From a virus, in the IMG/VR virus record IMGVR_UViG_3300040801_005040, positions 37,885-101,884 of that record: a stretch of DNA of 64,000 nucleotides. One strand, given 5' to 3'. Positions 19,307 to 27,955 of the stretch are shown here, piece after piece. The notes under the pieces were generated by a model, which was not told where the DNA came from, did no database searches, and saw nothing but the letters and a program-made list of their open reading frames with translations. Within the stretch, counting starts at the first letter, position 1. Every line of letters starts with the position of its first letter. The translations under genes and the position numbers were made by a program.

Positions 19307-21673
19307 TTAATTCATTATTCTCATGTCATCCAGCTTAAATTTAGGAGCTATCTGACCTGCGATTCTATTCCAGTTTTTATCTACAAACTCATCATTTTCA
19401 AAATGAGCTCTTTCTTTTTCTTGTTCGTAACTAAATTTTATTTTATCCATATCCTCCCTCATAATCATTACCATGTCCATTGCTGATACCCTGTCAAAGT
19501 TACCATCTGGATTCCAGGTAATACATTCTTGGAGATATGGTATAGATCTTATTTTTTCATAATTCTGATATGTTTGTTCTTCACCCTTTTCGTCTACATA
19601 TTTGCTAGTACCCAACATCCAGCTTCTTTGAAGGGTTTTACCAAGAGCAATGGTCTGTTTGTTTGTCCTGGTTCCTTTTGCCCTGTTTCCATGAAGCGTA
19701 TCTTTTACAATCTCCATATCCCTGAGAAGCTGGGGAGTATCATATAAGAGATGTGTTTTGTTAAGATTGCTAAAATGAATATATAATCCCTTTAAGTTAT
19801 TTTCATAGTTAAGCTGTGCATTATAAAACTCACAAAGCATTATACAAACATCATAAAATTCACTTGCCAGTACGGGACGCCCACTATATTCTGCTACAAT
19901 CCTATCTGTAAGCAAGTCAAAAACAAATACTGATGCAAGTGACCCTTGTAATGTATAATCATTGTCAATGGGGTCAGCTCCAATAATATATCTATTTCTG
20001 TATACTTTTCCACTCCTGTCTTTCTTGGGCATTTCAAAGATTTCAAGAGCTCCCTGGTTGTTTTTATTGTCTTTAAGTGGAAATTTGTGTATTGGACTGA
20101 TAGTAGTATCTGGTTTCCATTCTACATTTCCATTATTATCGTATACCAGTTTTCCTATGTAATGTTCATTACAATGCTGTTGATAATTTACCATTATCTT
20201 CTCAAGGGTTTCTTTGAGAGCTCCAATTGGAAATGCAGTACCTTCAGTACGCATAACCGCTTCCTGAGGAGTAATTGGCCTTTCAGCTTTTTCCTGTACA
20301 ATTGCATTAGGGTCAGACGTATTATACTTTACGTTGATACGTCTTACAAAAGTTTTAATTAGCGCTTTGACTACATCTGAGTTTCCATTCTTATCATAGC
20401 ATCCTGCAGCATTGAGATATTGACCAAAAAAGAATGCAGATTCAGTGCTGCCATTTGTATTTTTATCAAACACATTTGGCATGTGCTGTATGTTATAACC
20501 ACGAGGATTATAAAATATTTGTTGTAATCCTTCAAAATCCACTCCTTCTTCACCACCTGTACCATAGGCATTCATAAGACCAAAGACCTGATCATCTTCC
20601 TCAACTGAAGGCCTTGCAACTGCCCATGCAGTAAGGAAATCCTGAAAAGAACCTACTTCTTCCCATTCAATAAGAATTCCCCTTTTACCCCTGGCCCGGT
20701 GAGGGTCATTCTTAAGCGTAACTCCATTGACTGTATTTCTTACTCCGGCAACCCTTCCTGTATTGGAATCCTTGTATCCCATCATCCAGCCCATTTCATT
20801 CATAGAATCTTTGGCTTCCCTTATTCTTGGCCATGGGGTATTATCAGCGCAAAAGTCAGTAATGTCAAGGAACTTGTTAAGAACACCATCTTTAACGAGA
20901 TATTCTTTCTCATTTGCAATAGCAAAGGATTTTGTTTTTTCCTTGCTTATTTCAGTTTCCCCAAGTATAAAATTCCTTGAGAGTTTTGATCCTCCTTTAA
21001 AAGAGAATCCAGATCCCCTTTTCTTTAGGGTTGCTGTATGTTTTCCATTTCGTCTCGCTTTTTCGAGATAGTGGAAAAAAAGATAATCTCCATCATATAT
21101 ATCAGGAAACCCTTCAGTCCTTACTGTCTTACCCCCTTTACGTATGTTACGTTTTATGTAGCTGTAATTCAAGTAAAAGTAAAAGTATCCAGGAATCCAC
21201 TCTCCATCATATTCCCTTACCATTCCCTCTCTGCACCTTCTGGCTTCTTCCTGCCAAAATTGCGCATACTCAGAATTGGGATTACTGTTTGGGTATAAAT
21301 GAGTATACCTTCCAGTAGCTTGAAATCTGATAGCAGCCTGTCTGAAATAATCCATGTCCTCAAGAATATGAGGATTATGGATATTTACTGCTATCCTTCC
21401 ATCAGGAATTTCTCTTCTTGTTTTATTATAAGGATCATCCCAGCGTTTAAGATCACAAGCTCTTTTCCTTTCATTGCTAACTAAATTTTGTATGAAAAGA
21501 ATAGAATCATATGCTTCTAAAAAATCAAAATACACCTCTTTGGTGTATTGCTCTGAAAGATCTTTTTCTCTTAAAGACTCGCCTATGATAATCTTTAACT
21601 CTTCGGGAGTCCTAAAGGTTGTCTGTGCACTATTAAATAAAAACCTTCTGTCCTGATCAAATTCCATCTTCAA
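19307..21673 (-). CDS. terL: Terminase large subunit
   Basis: LKKRGSGFSFK (Walker A-like), IEWEEVG (Walker B), YGTGG coupling motif, YIIGADPID nuclease, YENN, NFDRVSA. Confidence 0.92.
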   Translation of the reverse strand: MKMEFDQDRRFLFNSAQTTFRTPEELKIIIGESLREKDLSEQYTKEVYFDFLEAYDSILFIQNLVSNERKRACDLKRWDDPYNKTRREIPDGRIAVNIHNPHILEDMDYFRQAAIRFQATGRYTHLYPNSNPNSEYAQFWQEEARRCREGMVREYDGEWIPGYFYFYLNYSYIKRNIRKGGKTVRTEGFPDIYDGDYLFFHYLEKARRNGKHTATLKKRGSGFSFKGGSKLSRNFILGETEISKEKTKSFAIANEKEYLVKDGVLNKFLDITDFCADNTPWPRIREAKDSMNEMGWMMGYKDSNTGRVAGVRNTVNGVTLKNDPHRARGKRGILIEWEEVGSFQDFLTAWAVARPSVEEDDQVFGLMNAYGTGGEEGVDFEGLQQIFYNPRGYNIQHMPNVFDKNTNGSTESAFFFGQYLNAAGCYDKNGNSDVVKALIKTFVRRINVKYNTSDPNAIVQEKAERPITPQEAVMRTEGTAFPIGALKETLEKIMVNYQQHCNEHYIGKLVYDNNGNVEWKPDTTISPIHKFPLKDNKNNQGALEIFEMPKKDRSGKVYRNRYIIGADPIDNDYTLQGSLASVFVFDLLTDRIVAEYSGRPVLASEFYDVCIMLCEFYNAQLNYENNLKGLYIHFSNLNKTHLLYDTPQLLRDMEIVKDTLHGNRAKGTRTNKQTIALGKTLQRSWMLGTSKYVDEKGEEQTYQNYEKIRSIPYLQECITWNPDGNFDRVSAMDMVMIMREDMDKIKFSYEQEKERAHFENDEFVDKNWNRIAGQIAPKFKLDDMRIMN

Positions 21674-22205
21674 ACATGGACTTTACTTTTTGTCCTTTTA
21701 ACTGAGATTGTTCTTCCATTTCACGTATCACCTGATCCTTTGCTTTTTTTAGCTTTTCCATTGCATCTGGAATTTTATTAAGCATTGTAAGCAAAGAATC
21801 AAGTTTATAAATTGGATTACCCCTACTGTCTGTTTTTTCTAATAACGCTTCTGGATTCTTTAACTCCTTTTCAATAAATTCTACAGTTTTTACTGAAGCA
21901 TCATATAAACTTGAAGAAGGGGTTTTTGAATATTCTTTATAAAATTTAATTCCTTTAATTACAGTTTCATCTGGCTCCCATTCTTTAGGAAGACTGATTG
22001 CTTTTATTATTTCTTCTTTTCTAATATCTTCATCAATGATACTTTGAAAATCAGATCTAACATCTGTAAAAAACCATATGAAGGATAACTCTTTTAATGT
22101 TAAGTCTTCATCTTCATTTTTATCCCTTATATCGGCAAATGGCTTAAGCATCATTGTTTGAGGCTCAAATATTACCTGATATTTCCTTAGCTGAAATAGT
22201 TGCAT
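21657..22205 (-). CDS. Putative terminase small subunit
   Basis: Overlaps the TerL start; helical; ELSFIWFFTD.RS motif; start taken as MQLFQL. Confidence 0.5.
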   Translation of the reverse strand: MQLFQLRKYQVIFEPQTMMLKPFADIRDKNEDEDLTLKELSFIWFFTDVRSDFQSIIDEDIRKEEIIKAISLPKEWEPDETVIKGIKFYKEYSKTPSSSLYDASVKTVEFIEKELKNPEALLEKTDSRGNPIYKLDSLLTMLNKIPDAMEKLKKAKDQVIREMEEQSQLKGQKVKSMFEDGI

Positions 22206-22220
22206 ATCTTCTCCTTTACA

Positions 22221-22259
22221 CAAATATAAAATAAAAAAGCTCAGCGTAACACTGAGCTT
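22221..22259 (-). terminator. Terminator after the GroES-like gene, followed by a -7 promoter element TATATTTG
   Basis: AAGCTCAG/CTGAGCTT stem followed by a U-tract on the minus strand; TATATTTG at 22228-22221. Confidence 0.6.
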
Positions 22260-22286
22260 CTTATTAGACTCCTAATAGATATTTGA

Positions 22287-22835
22287 TTAACGCTTCACAT
22301 ACAAGAGTGATCTTTCATGTACAAGAAGATAATTTCTACCATTCAATATCTGTATATATTTTACAATATCATTGACTTCTTCTGCTTTAACGCTATTTGG
22401 ATTTTTAACCCTTACGAAGCTGTCAATGTCTACACATACAGTATCCCCTTTCTTTACTTGATTGCATTGAGGCCCTACAGCTATTACCTGTTGAATATGA
22501 TTTAAAGACTCTGTAATTTCCTTAAAAGCATTTAAACTAAAATCCTTTTGTACTAAAAATCTACCTGCATCTTCAAGACTATAAAGACTACAGGTCAAAA
22601 GTACATTCTGACCAATAGGTTCTATTCCAGGGTCTACTATTTTTATAGAATCTTCATATTTTTCCTTGTAAACCCTAAATGCTTCGTCAGCAGTTTCAAT
22701 TAGCGATGCTTTAGTAGTATCAGACAGCTTATGCTTTTCCTGAATTTTCTTTAATTCTTCAGAAAGTATTTCACCTGTCTTCTTTTCTTCCTTGTACTTC
22801 TTCGCTGCTTTCGCTACGTCTCCTCTTCTTTGCAT
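22287..22835 (-). CDS. groES: Divergent co-chaperonin GroES (Cpn10) with N-terminal extension
   Basis: IEPIGQNVLL...QVIAVGPQCNQVKKGDTVCV...LNGRNYLLVHERSLLYV matches GroES xPLxDRVL / VxAVGPG / VKxGDxV / GxxYLxxxExDxL. Confidence 0.7.
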   Translation of the reverse strand: MQRRGDVAKAAKKYKEEKKTGEILSEELKKIQEKHKLSDTTKASLIETADEAFRVYKEKYEDSIKIVDPGIEPIGQNVLLTCSLYSLEDAGRFLVQKDFSLNAFKEITESLNHIQQVIAVGPQCNQVKKGDTVCVDIDSFVRVKNPNSVKAEEVNDIVKYIQILNGRNYLLVHERSLLYVKR

Positions 22836-23088
22836 TTTGTTTTGCTTTTTTTATTCTTTTAAAATTACCATATGATGAATATAACTTTCCAGTTGAAGGT
22901 AAATTAAAATTGGGCATATTCTTTTCAAATTCTTCTTCTGTCCAATTTAAATCTATTTCAAGATTTGCTGTTTTCTCCCGAATAAATTTAAAAGGCGCTT
23001 TTACAATTTCAAATACCTGATCCTGAGTTAAGTTATACTTATCGCATAGCTTTCGTATTATTTTATATTCTTCCTTGTCAAGCCTCAT
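22771..23088 (-). CDS. IHF/HU-like DNA-binding protein
   Basis: IIRKLCDKYNLTQDQVFEIVKAPFKFIRE...FNLPSTGKLY fits the HU helix-turn-helix plus (F)GxF strand; typical crAss-like gene. Confidence 0.65.
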   Translation of the reverse strand: MRLDKEEYKIIRKLCDKYNLTQDQVFEIVKAPFKFIREKTANLEIDLNWTEEEFEKNMPNFNLPSTGKLYSSYGNFKRIKKAKQNAKKRRRSESSEEVQGRKEDR

Positions 23089-23470
23089 TTTTAATGTTCA
23101 GGTTGAATACCAGTTGAAATACATCTGCCCCATCCTCAACATTTGGAATAAGCACTCTGGTCACAGAATCGCCAATTAAGATTTTTCTATTTCTGAGTTC
23201 ACTTAACATATTACTTAAAACCTGATTATTACTGTAGCCCATTTTTTTCTTTATTTCTTCCCTGACTTCAGTATCAATTAATAATTGATTAACCAGTTTC
23301 TCATCCTTAACTTTTAACATAAGGTTATGGCGTCTATATAACAAGTATGCTACAATGTCCATCTCTTTGTTTGTCATTTTATGGAAAGGCTTTAAAAGCA
23401 ATAACCATACCCTGAAAAATTGTTCAAGAGTGACATCAAACGTTTTTACGTTAGTGTTTTTCTTTTGCAT
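23078..23470 (-). CDS. Winged-HTH DNA-binding protein (RepL-like)
   Basis: LTNKEMDIVAYLL...REEIKKKMGYS.QVLSNMLSELRNRKIL. Confidence 0.55.
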   Translation of the reverse strand: MQKKNTNVKTFDVTLEQFFRVWLLLLKPFHKMTNKEMDIVAYLLYRRHNLMLKVKDEKLVNQLLIDTEVREEIKKKMGYSNNQVLSNMLSELRNRKILIGDSVTRVLIPNVEDGADVFQLVFNLNIKNEA

Positions 23471-23744
23471 TTTCCGTATCTATTTCCTGTGCTCTTTTCA
23501 AGTAGGACTTAAGACGGAGGGATGCTTTTTCAAAATCTTTTTGCAACTTTCTTCCTTTTGTCCTTTTGCTATTGTTAAAAGGTCTTAGTGGCAATACTTC
23601 CCCGTTTCTTCCAACTAAACCTTTACGCATAGCCCTCCATACACTTTTATACTTTGTAGCTCCTGTAAAAGTGCGAAGCTCAAAAGTATGTGCTGGTACT
23701 GAAAGCCTTTCGTCTATTTGACGCATCTTAACTGTTTTTTGCAT
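23451..23744 (-). CDS. Basic hypothetical protein
   Basis: ORF in a tightly overlapping operon; KYKSVWRAMRKG..P.RPFNNSK. Confidence 0.6.
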   Translation of the reverse strand: MQKTVKMRQIDERLSVPAHTFELRTFTGATKYKSVWRAMRKGLVGRNGEVLPLRPFNNSKRTKGRKLQKDFEKASLRLKSYLKRAQEIDTENAKEKH

Positions 23745-23908
23745 AATCTAATTGTTTTTTTATTAGTGTCATCATCACAAATATAGTAATTAGGATGACT
23801 TGAAACAAATAGATTTACAATACGTCTAATAGAATCTGTAACATTTTCAATAAACAGGCTTCTTCCCAGATCCCTGGTCTCCTCCCAACCGTTTATTTCT
23901 TTTAACAT
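23714..23908 (-). CDS. Hypothetical protein
   Basis: Overlapping operon packing. Confidence 0.45.
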   Translation of the reverse strand: MLKEINGWEETRDLGRSLFIENVTDSIRRIVNLFVSSHPNYYICDDDTNKKTIRLCKKQLRCVK

Positions 23909-24092
23909 AATAGTTTCCGTATAAATTTACATGTAGTGCTTCCCAAGTATCTATATCAGTTTGCTCTATATCTGTTCCTCCGCATATTCCACAAAAATCT
24001 ATAATCCTCCCTTGTAATGTTGTAGGTCTTATATTAAGCGAAAGACAATTTGTGCAATAATGTACAGGCTCTTCGTTATAGTCCATCACCAA
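23847..24092 (-). CDS. Zinc-ribbon protein
   Basis: YNEEPVHYCTNCLSL...FCGICG. Confidence 0.65.
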   Translation of the reverse strand: MVMDYNEEPVHYCTNCLSLNIRPTTLQGRIIDFCGICGGTDIEQTDIDTWEALHVNLYGNYYVKRNKRLGGDQGSGKKPVY

Positions 24093-24304
24093 AAGTCTTT
24101 AGGGCAAGTACATCGCATGCATTTTGTTTTACTTGGTAAGTAACAACCACATTTACTACAAGTATTGGTTGCTTTCATCCTATACTGACAGTTCATACAG
24201 ATCTCCATTCTTGCTTCTGCAAGTTTTTGTTCTCTGTCGGGCATATCCTGTATCTTCCAAAGTTTGGAATACCCTTCTACAAGTTGTTTTAATTTATTAC
24301 CCAT
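24086..24304 (-). CDS. Small Cys-rich protein
   Basis: RMEICMNC..CSKCGCYL..KT.C...CP..W. Confidence 0.65.
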   Translation of the reverse strand: MGNKLKQLVEGYSKLWKIQDMPDREQKLAEARMEICMNCQYRMKATNTCSKCGCYLPSKTKCMRCTCPKDFW

Positions 24305-24311
24305 AATAAGA

Positions 24312-24338
24312 AAGCCCCACCTAGGGGCGTGGGGCTTA
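24312..24338 (-). terminator. Terminator-like hairpin
   Basis: AAGCCCCAC/GTGGGGCTT stem followed by TCTTATT on the minus strand. Confidence 0.55.
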
Positions 24339-24505
24339 GATAAACACTTAATTATGAAAAACAGCTCCTATCTCAGGAGTATACATATGTGCAATTCTGA
24401 CATTCTCCTTCACAATTTGTACAGTTTGTTTGCCAGAATCCATTTAGATTTAACTCTTGCATTTTCAAATATATAAAATATTTTATTATGAAAGTAAAAA
24501 ATAAG

Positions 24506-24579
24506 TGGTCTCACCAGGATTTGAACCTGGGACCCTCTGATTATGAGTCAGACGCTCTAACCAGCTGAGCTATGAGACC
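24506..24579 (-). tRNA. tRNA with anticodon CAT (probably Ile2/lysidine type; elongator Met not excluded); CCA not encoded
   Basis: GGTCTCA-TA-GCTCAGCTGGTTAGAGC-G-TCTGA-CTCATAA-TCAGA-GGGTC-CCAGG-TTCAAAT-CCTGG-TGAGACC-A; complete cloverleaf. Confidence 0.93.
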
Positions 24580-24580
24580 T

Positions 24581-24727
24581 TTAAATTGCATTATCCAATT
24601 CACCAATAAGTTGCCTTATTTCATACCTCTCTAAAACTTGCTCAAAGGTTTTACCATCTTTGGTCTTAAGGCTTAATTTAAAATGGTTTTTTACTTCTAC
24701 GGGAGTACATTGAATATCACTTAACAT
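24581..24727 (-). CDS. Small hypothetical protein (48 aa)
   Basis: Hand translation MLSDIQCTPVEVKNHFKLSLKTKDGKTFEQVLERYEIRQLIGELDNAI; stop is 1 nt before the tRNA. Confidence 0.55.
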   Translation of the reverse strand: MLSDIQCTPVEVKNHFKLSLKTKDGKTFEQVLERYEIRQLIGELDNAI

Positions 24728-24799
24728 GGTATTAAAATTAAAAGTTAGACTATAAAGATACCAAAGAAAAGCGACTTTAAACTACCTAAAAAAATGTGT

Positions 24800-25156
24800 T
24801 TAATTAATCAAAACTTCATGAACACCTGACATGTGTGTTACATTAAAATGACACGTATTTGTCTCATTATCAATATATAAAGAATCATTAGGTGTGCTTG
24901 GGGAAGAACTATAAATCTCGTCTTTACCTACAGAATAATTAATTGAAGGAGTAATTCCAGTATAATATCTAAAATCAGTATACCATGGATTAATATACCA
25001 TACTGGCCAATTATGATTGTGCATTACAACTTTTGTAGTAAGTTTCCAATCTTTCCAATTTGGAATAAGTTTTTTAATTGCATTTACAAACTTTCCCATA
25101 TCTACCTCAGCTTCAATAGTAACAGTCTGACTATCAAAATCTAGTTGAAATCTCAT
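24800..25156 (-). CDS. Hypothetical protein
   Basis: ORF with TAATG coupling to the upstream gene. Confidence 0.6.
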   Translation of the reverse strand: MRFQLDFDSQTVTIEAEVDMGKFVNAIKKLIPNWKDWKLTTKVVMHNHNWPVWYINPWYTDFRYYTGITPSINYSVGKDEIYSSSPSTPNDSLYIDNETNTCHFNVTHMSGVHEVLIN

Positions 25157-25698
25157 TATTTTTTTACATTATTAGTTATCGTAACATGAATTGCTATTGG
25201 AATAGCAGCCATAAACTCTCCAGCTCCTAACGTCCACAAACCTAAAAACTTACCACCTACCATACCCAATACGGCTATCCCAAATCCGATCCAACCAAGA
25301 ATCTTAGGCGTTGAAGTTCTGTAAAAGTTCAAGATATCCAAATATGCAAACACTATCCCTGCAACAGTAAATACATAATGGGCTATTTCAACCCAGGAGA
25401 CGCCAATAGTAACTGGAGTGCAAATTACACCCATAAACATAAAAGCAGTCCACTTATTTACCTGCCTGACATTTGCCCTAACTGGCCATCGAAAAAGAAC
25501 TTTAAGCTTTTTTGAAAAATTATCAGCTCGTATAAAAAATATACTCATTATCGAAGTAAGCGTAATAAAAAGCAATTGCTCCTGATAACTCCTTGCATAC
25601 TCACTCCAGGAAGGATATAAATTCCAGCCCACCATGATGGTGATAGCTATCAATGCTATAGCAAGAAGAATATTAATTGTAAGTCTCGCTCCTTTCAT
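25156..25698 (-). CDS. Multi-pass membrane protein
   Basis: About six hydrophobic segments. Confidence 0.65.
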   Translation of the reverse strand: MKGARLTINILLAIALIAITIMVGWNLYPSWSEYARSYQEQLLFITLTSIMSIFFIRADNFSKKLKVLFRWPVRANVRQVNKWTAFMFMGVICTPVTIGVSWVEIAHYVFTVAGIVFAYLDILNFYRTSTPKILGWIGFGIAVLGMVGGKFLGLWTLGAGEFMAAIPIAIHVTITNNVKK

Positions 25699-26106
25699 CA
25701 GGATACCTTTTAGTGTAAACCTTAATCCATAAAAAATAATACTCTGCTTTTAATACTTTACACCAATAGCCGAGATTAGACTCATCTAAGTTAGGTTCAT
25801 ACAGAAGGTCTACTGTCAAAGTAGTGTAGCAACCAAAAAATTTCCTTATACTACCAAATCCCCTAACCATGCCCTATAAAATAAGTAAATGCAGATCCAT
25901 AAAACACAGAAGAGAGAAAAAAGGTAGAGATAATCTATGGGCTCAAAATCATTATCCATAGCATTAGGTATAAGTATCCCACTCCTACTGAGTGACAAAC
26001 TAAATGTAAGAAGAAGAATTGTATTTTCAAAGAAAAGTGGATAAAAATCCACTTCTCTCATTAAACACCTCCTTTCTTTAGATTCTTACTTCATAATTAG
26101 ATACAC

Positions 26107-26367
26107 TTATCCCCTCAGAGAATTAGACCTTCAATCACTCGAAGGCGATTTTAACTATAACTACTCCATTGACTGCTGTACGTCAGACTTTTAATCTTAC
26201 ACCCACCAGGGGACTTTACCCTATAGTCATTGCTCCCTGCCAGTCAATCTTTCATTAAGTCAGTTTTATAGCTACCGGGGACAATTGGGGATTGAAGAAT
26301 CCTTATAACCCGATGTCTAACCCTTACTTCCTTTTGGCCCTCAGGGTGGTCTGCTGGGTAGCAGGCT
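26107..26367 (-). ncRNA. Candidate novel structured ncRNA (~260 nt)
   Basis: GC-enriched intergenic region with nested helices 26107-14/26277-84, 26152-60/26266-74, 26168-75/26241-48 and a GUGA tetraloop hairpin 26128-45; A-C mismatches on + read as G-U on -. Confidence 0.65.
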
Positions 26368-26373
26368 ATGGGG

Positions 26374-26418
26374 CTAATATAGTAATAAAAAAATAACCCC
26401 CCAAAAAATGGAGGGTTA
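26374..26418 (-). promoter_or_regulatory. Terminator hairpin overlapping a TTTG-N20-TATATTAG promoter-like element upstream of the candidate ncRNA
   Basis: TAACCC..GGGTTA stem plus U-tract; TTTG at 26405-26402, TATATTAG at 26381-26374 (one mismatch to TANNTTTG). Confidence 0.5.
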
Positions 26419-26438
26419 CTTTGCTAACCTTTAATCAA

Positions 26439-26678
26439 TTATTTTTTGGCTGGGGCTGGTTCTTTTTTTCTTTTTTCTTCCACTTCCTTTTTAAGGAGTT
26501 CCAGCTCATTAAGCCCCATTTGAACTGTTCCAATACAATTAATAATACTATTAATCTCATTCAGTCCCCAGCTAGGCTCATCTCCTTCTTTACCACAGGT
26601 ACCCTTAATCACATTATCAATATGCGTATTAAGAATAATAAGCGCTGATTTCGGTGTTAACTCTTGTTGTCCATTCAT
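26439..26678 (-). CDS. Hypothetical protein
   Basis: ATGA-coupled operon. Confidence 0.6.
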   Translation of the reverse strand: MNGQQELTPKSALIILNTHIDNVIKGTCGKEGDEPSWGLNEINSIINCIGTVQMGLNELELLKKEVEEKRKKEPAPAKK

Positions 26679-26893
26679 ATCTTCCTTATTTTATAAAATG
26701 TGTTTTCTAATAAATTCTCTCCTGTTTCTTGAGATATTTCACCATTTAACATCCCAATCTTAATCTCTATTTCATCCCTCTGATTAAGTAATGCAAGCAA
26801 ATGTAATAAATATTCCTTAGACGGATGTTTTGAAACAATACTTACTGTTCCATTAGTTGGCGTAACCTTTACAAGACTCCAATTATTACTCAT
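26675..26893 (-). CDS. Hypothetical protein
   Basis: ATGA-coupled operon. Confidence 0.55.
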   Translation of the reverse strand: MSNNWSLVKVTPTNGTVSIVSKHPSKEYLLHLLALLNQRDEIEIKIGMLNGEISQETGENLLENTFYKIRKI

Positions 26894-27150
26894 TCTAACC
26901 TCTCTATAACCTTATAAACATGCTGGTATTCATTAAAATCAATAAGATTACTAATAACAGCTTCTTTCAAATACCATTTACTTTCCTGACTATCACTATC
27001 AATAATCTTATACGAACTTTCCGTAATAAGACTAACCATTATCTTCCTTAAAACCTTAGTACTATCAGTATCCTTGTCCTGCGCAAGGTAAACTCCACCA
27101 TCTACAATCTCTATCCCTGATACTGTAATACTACCTTCCTCTATTCCCAT
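26890..27150 (-). CDS. Hypothetical protein
   Basis: ATGA-coupled operon. Confidence 0.6.
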   Translation of the reverse strand: MGIEEGSITVSGIEIVDGGVYLAQDKDTDSTKVLRKIMVSLITESSYKIIDSDSQESKWYLKEAVISNLIDFNEYQHVYKVIERLE

Positions 27151-27153
27151 AAC

Positions 27154-27270
27154 CTATTTCTTATTCCTCTTCTTAAGAACTATCTTTCCTGGCATAATAC
27201 CAGACTCTTTTTCCTTCTTTGTAACCTTTCTCTCTGTAACCTTAACTTTGGCTTCTTCAATTTTTCCCAT
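27154..27270 (-). CDS. Small basic protein
   Basis: MGKIEEAKVKVTERKVTKKEKESGIMPGKIVLKKRNKK; first gene of the minus-strand arm. Confidence 0.45.
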   Translation of the reverse strand: MGKIEEAKVKVTERKVTKKEKESGIMPGKIVLKKRNKK

Positions 27271-27447
27271 GGTATGAAGATATAAAAAATTCTTCAATTT
27301 TGACTTATCCTCGAATAGTACATTGCTTGCTGTAAAAATATAGCATTGGCACAATCTTCACAAATAGGCACTACCTTCAAGCTCAGATTAAATACATTCT
27401 TAGTGGGAGTTCTACAAATCCTACATTCATTCATCAGATGAAGATAG

Positions 27448-27597
27448 AAAAAATTTTTTAATTTTTTTTTGAAATTTTTTGTATTTCTAAGAATGGTTGA
27501 TTTTTAAAATTTTAAAATTTTTTTGTACTGATGAGAATGGTTGATATATAACAAAACACCCCTCCCTATAGTGGAGGAGGGGGCAGTACCCCCGCCC
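27448..27597. repeat. Strand-switch region: A/T tracts, two AGAATGGTTGAT direct repeats and GC-rich hairpins (putative origin or genome terminus)
   Basis: AGAATGGTTGAT at 27490-27501 and 27534-27545, each preceded by AAATTTTTT(T)GTA; CCCCTCC/GGAGGGG and GGGGG/CCCCC inverted repeats. Confidence 0.55.
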
Positions 27598-27623
27598 AAT
27601 GTCTAATCTTAAATCCAAGCGTT

Positions 27624-27923
27624 ATGCTTAAGAAATTTCCCGAGGAAGAAATCCTCAAGTTGCCTGTTGGTATGGAGTTTTCTACCAGAATTACTCACGA
27701 GAACCTTGCAGGCTCGCCGATTGAAGGCAATTCATTCTATCAGGCTGAAATCCTTGATGATAAAGGTAAGCCAGTTGGACTAGTTGATGTCCTAGTGTCT
27801 GATGTTAAAGGTACTAAGCTCACTAAATCCGACAGGATTACCATTGCCTACCAAGGCACCAGGACTGCAGCCAGCGGTAGAGTTTATCCTGTTTTCTCAG
27901 CCTATCGAGAACTTGCAGACTAA
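27624..27923 (+). CDS. Hypothetical protein, possibly OB-fold
   Basis: First plus-strand gene; ITIAYQGTRTAASGRVYPVF resembles OB-fold ends. Confidence 0.6.
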   Translation: MLKKFPEEEILKLPVGMEFSTRITHENLAGSPIEGNSFYQAEILDDKGKPVGLVDVLVSDVKGTKLTKSDRITIAYQGTRTAASGRVYPVFSAYRELAD

Positions 27924-27928
27924 GAGTT

Positions 27929-27955
27929 GAGCCCCTTCGGGGCTCTCTCTTTTTT
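27929..27955 (+). terminator. Rho-independent terminator
   Basis: GAGCCC-CTTC-GGGCTC-type GC-rich stem followed by TCTCTTTTTT. Confidence 0.75.

Noticed and set aside
19307-21673. Intein or intron in terminase (also checked PolB, DnaB, primase, MCP)
   Set aside because: Lengths are ordinary, no C...HN splice motifs or group I core sequences seen
24440-24505. tRNA-associated HDV-like (theta) ribozyme downstream of the tRNA
   Set aside because: The 3' trailer is A/T-rich with no nested double-pseudoknot pairing; the same holds after the tRNA-like element at 30713
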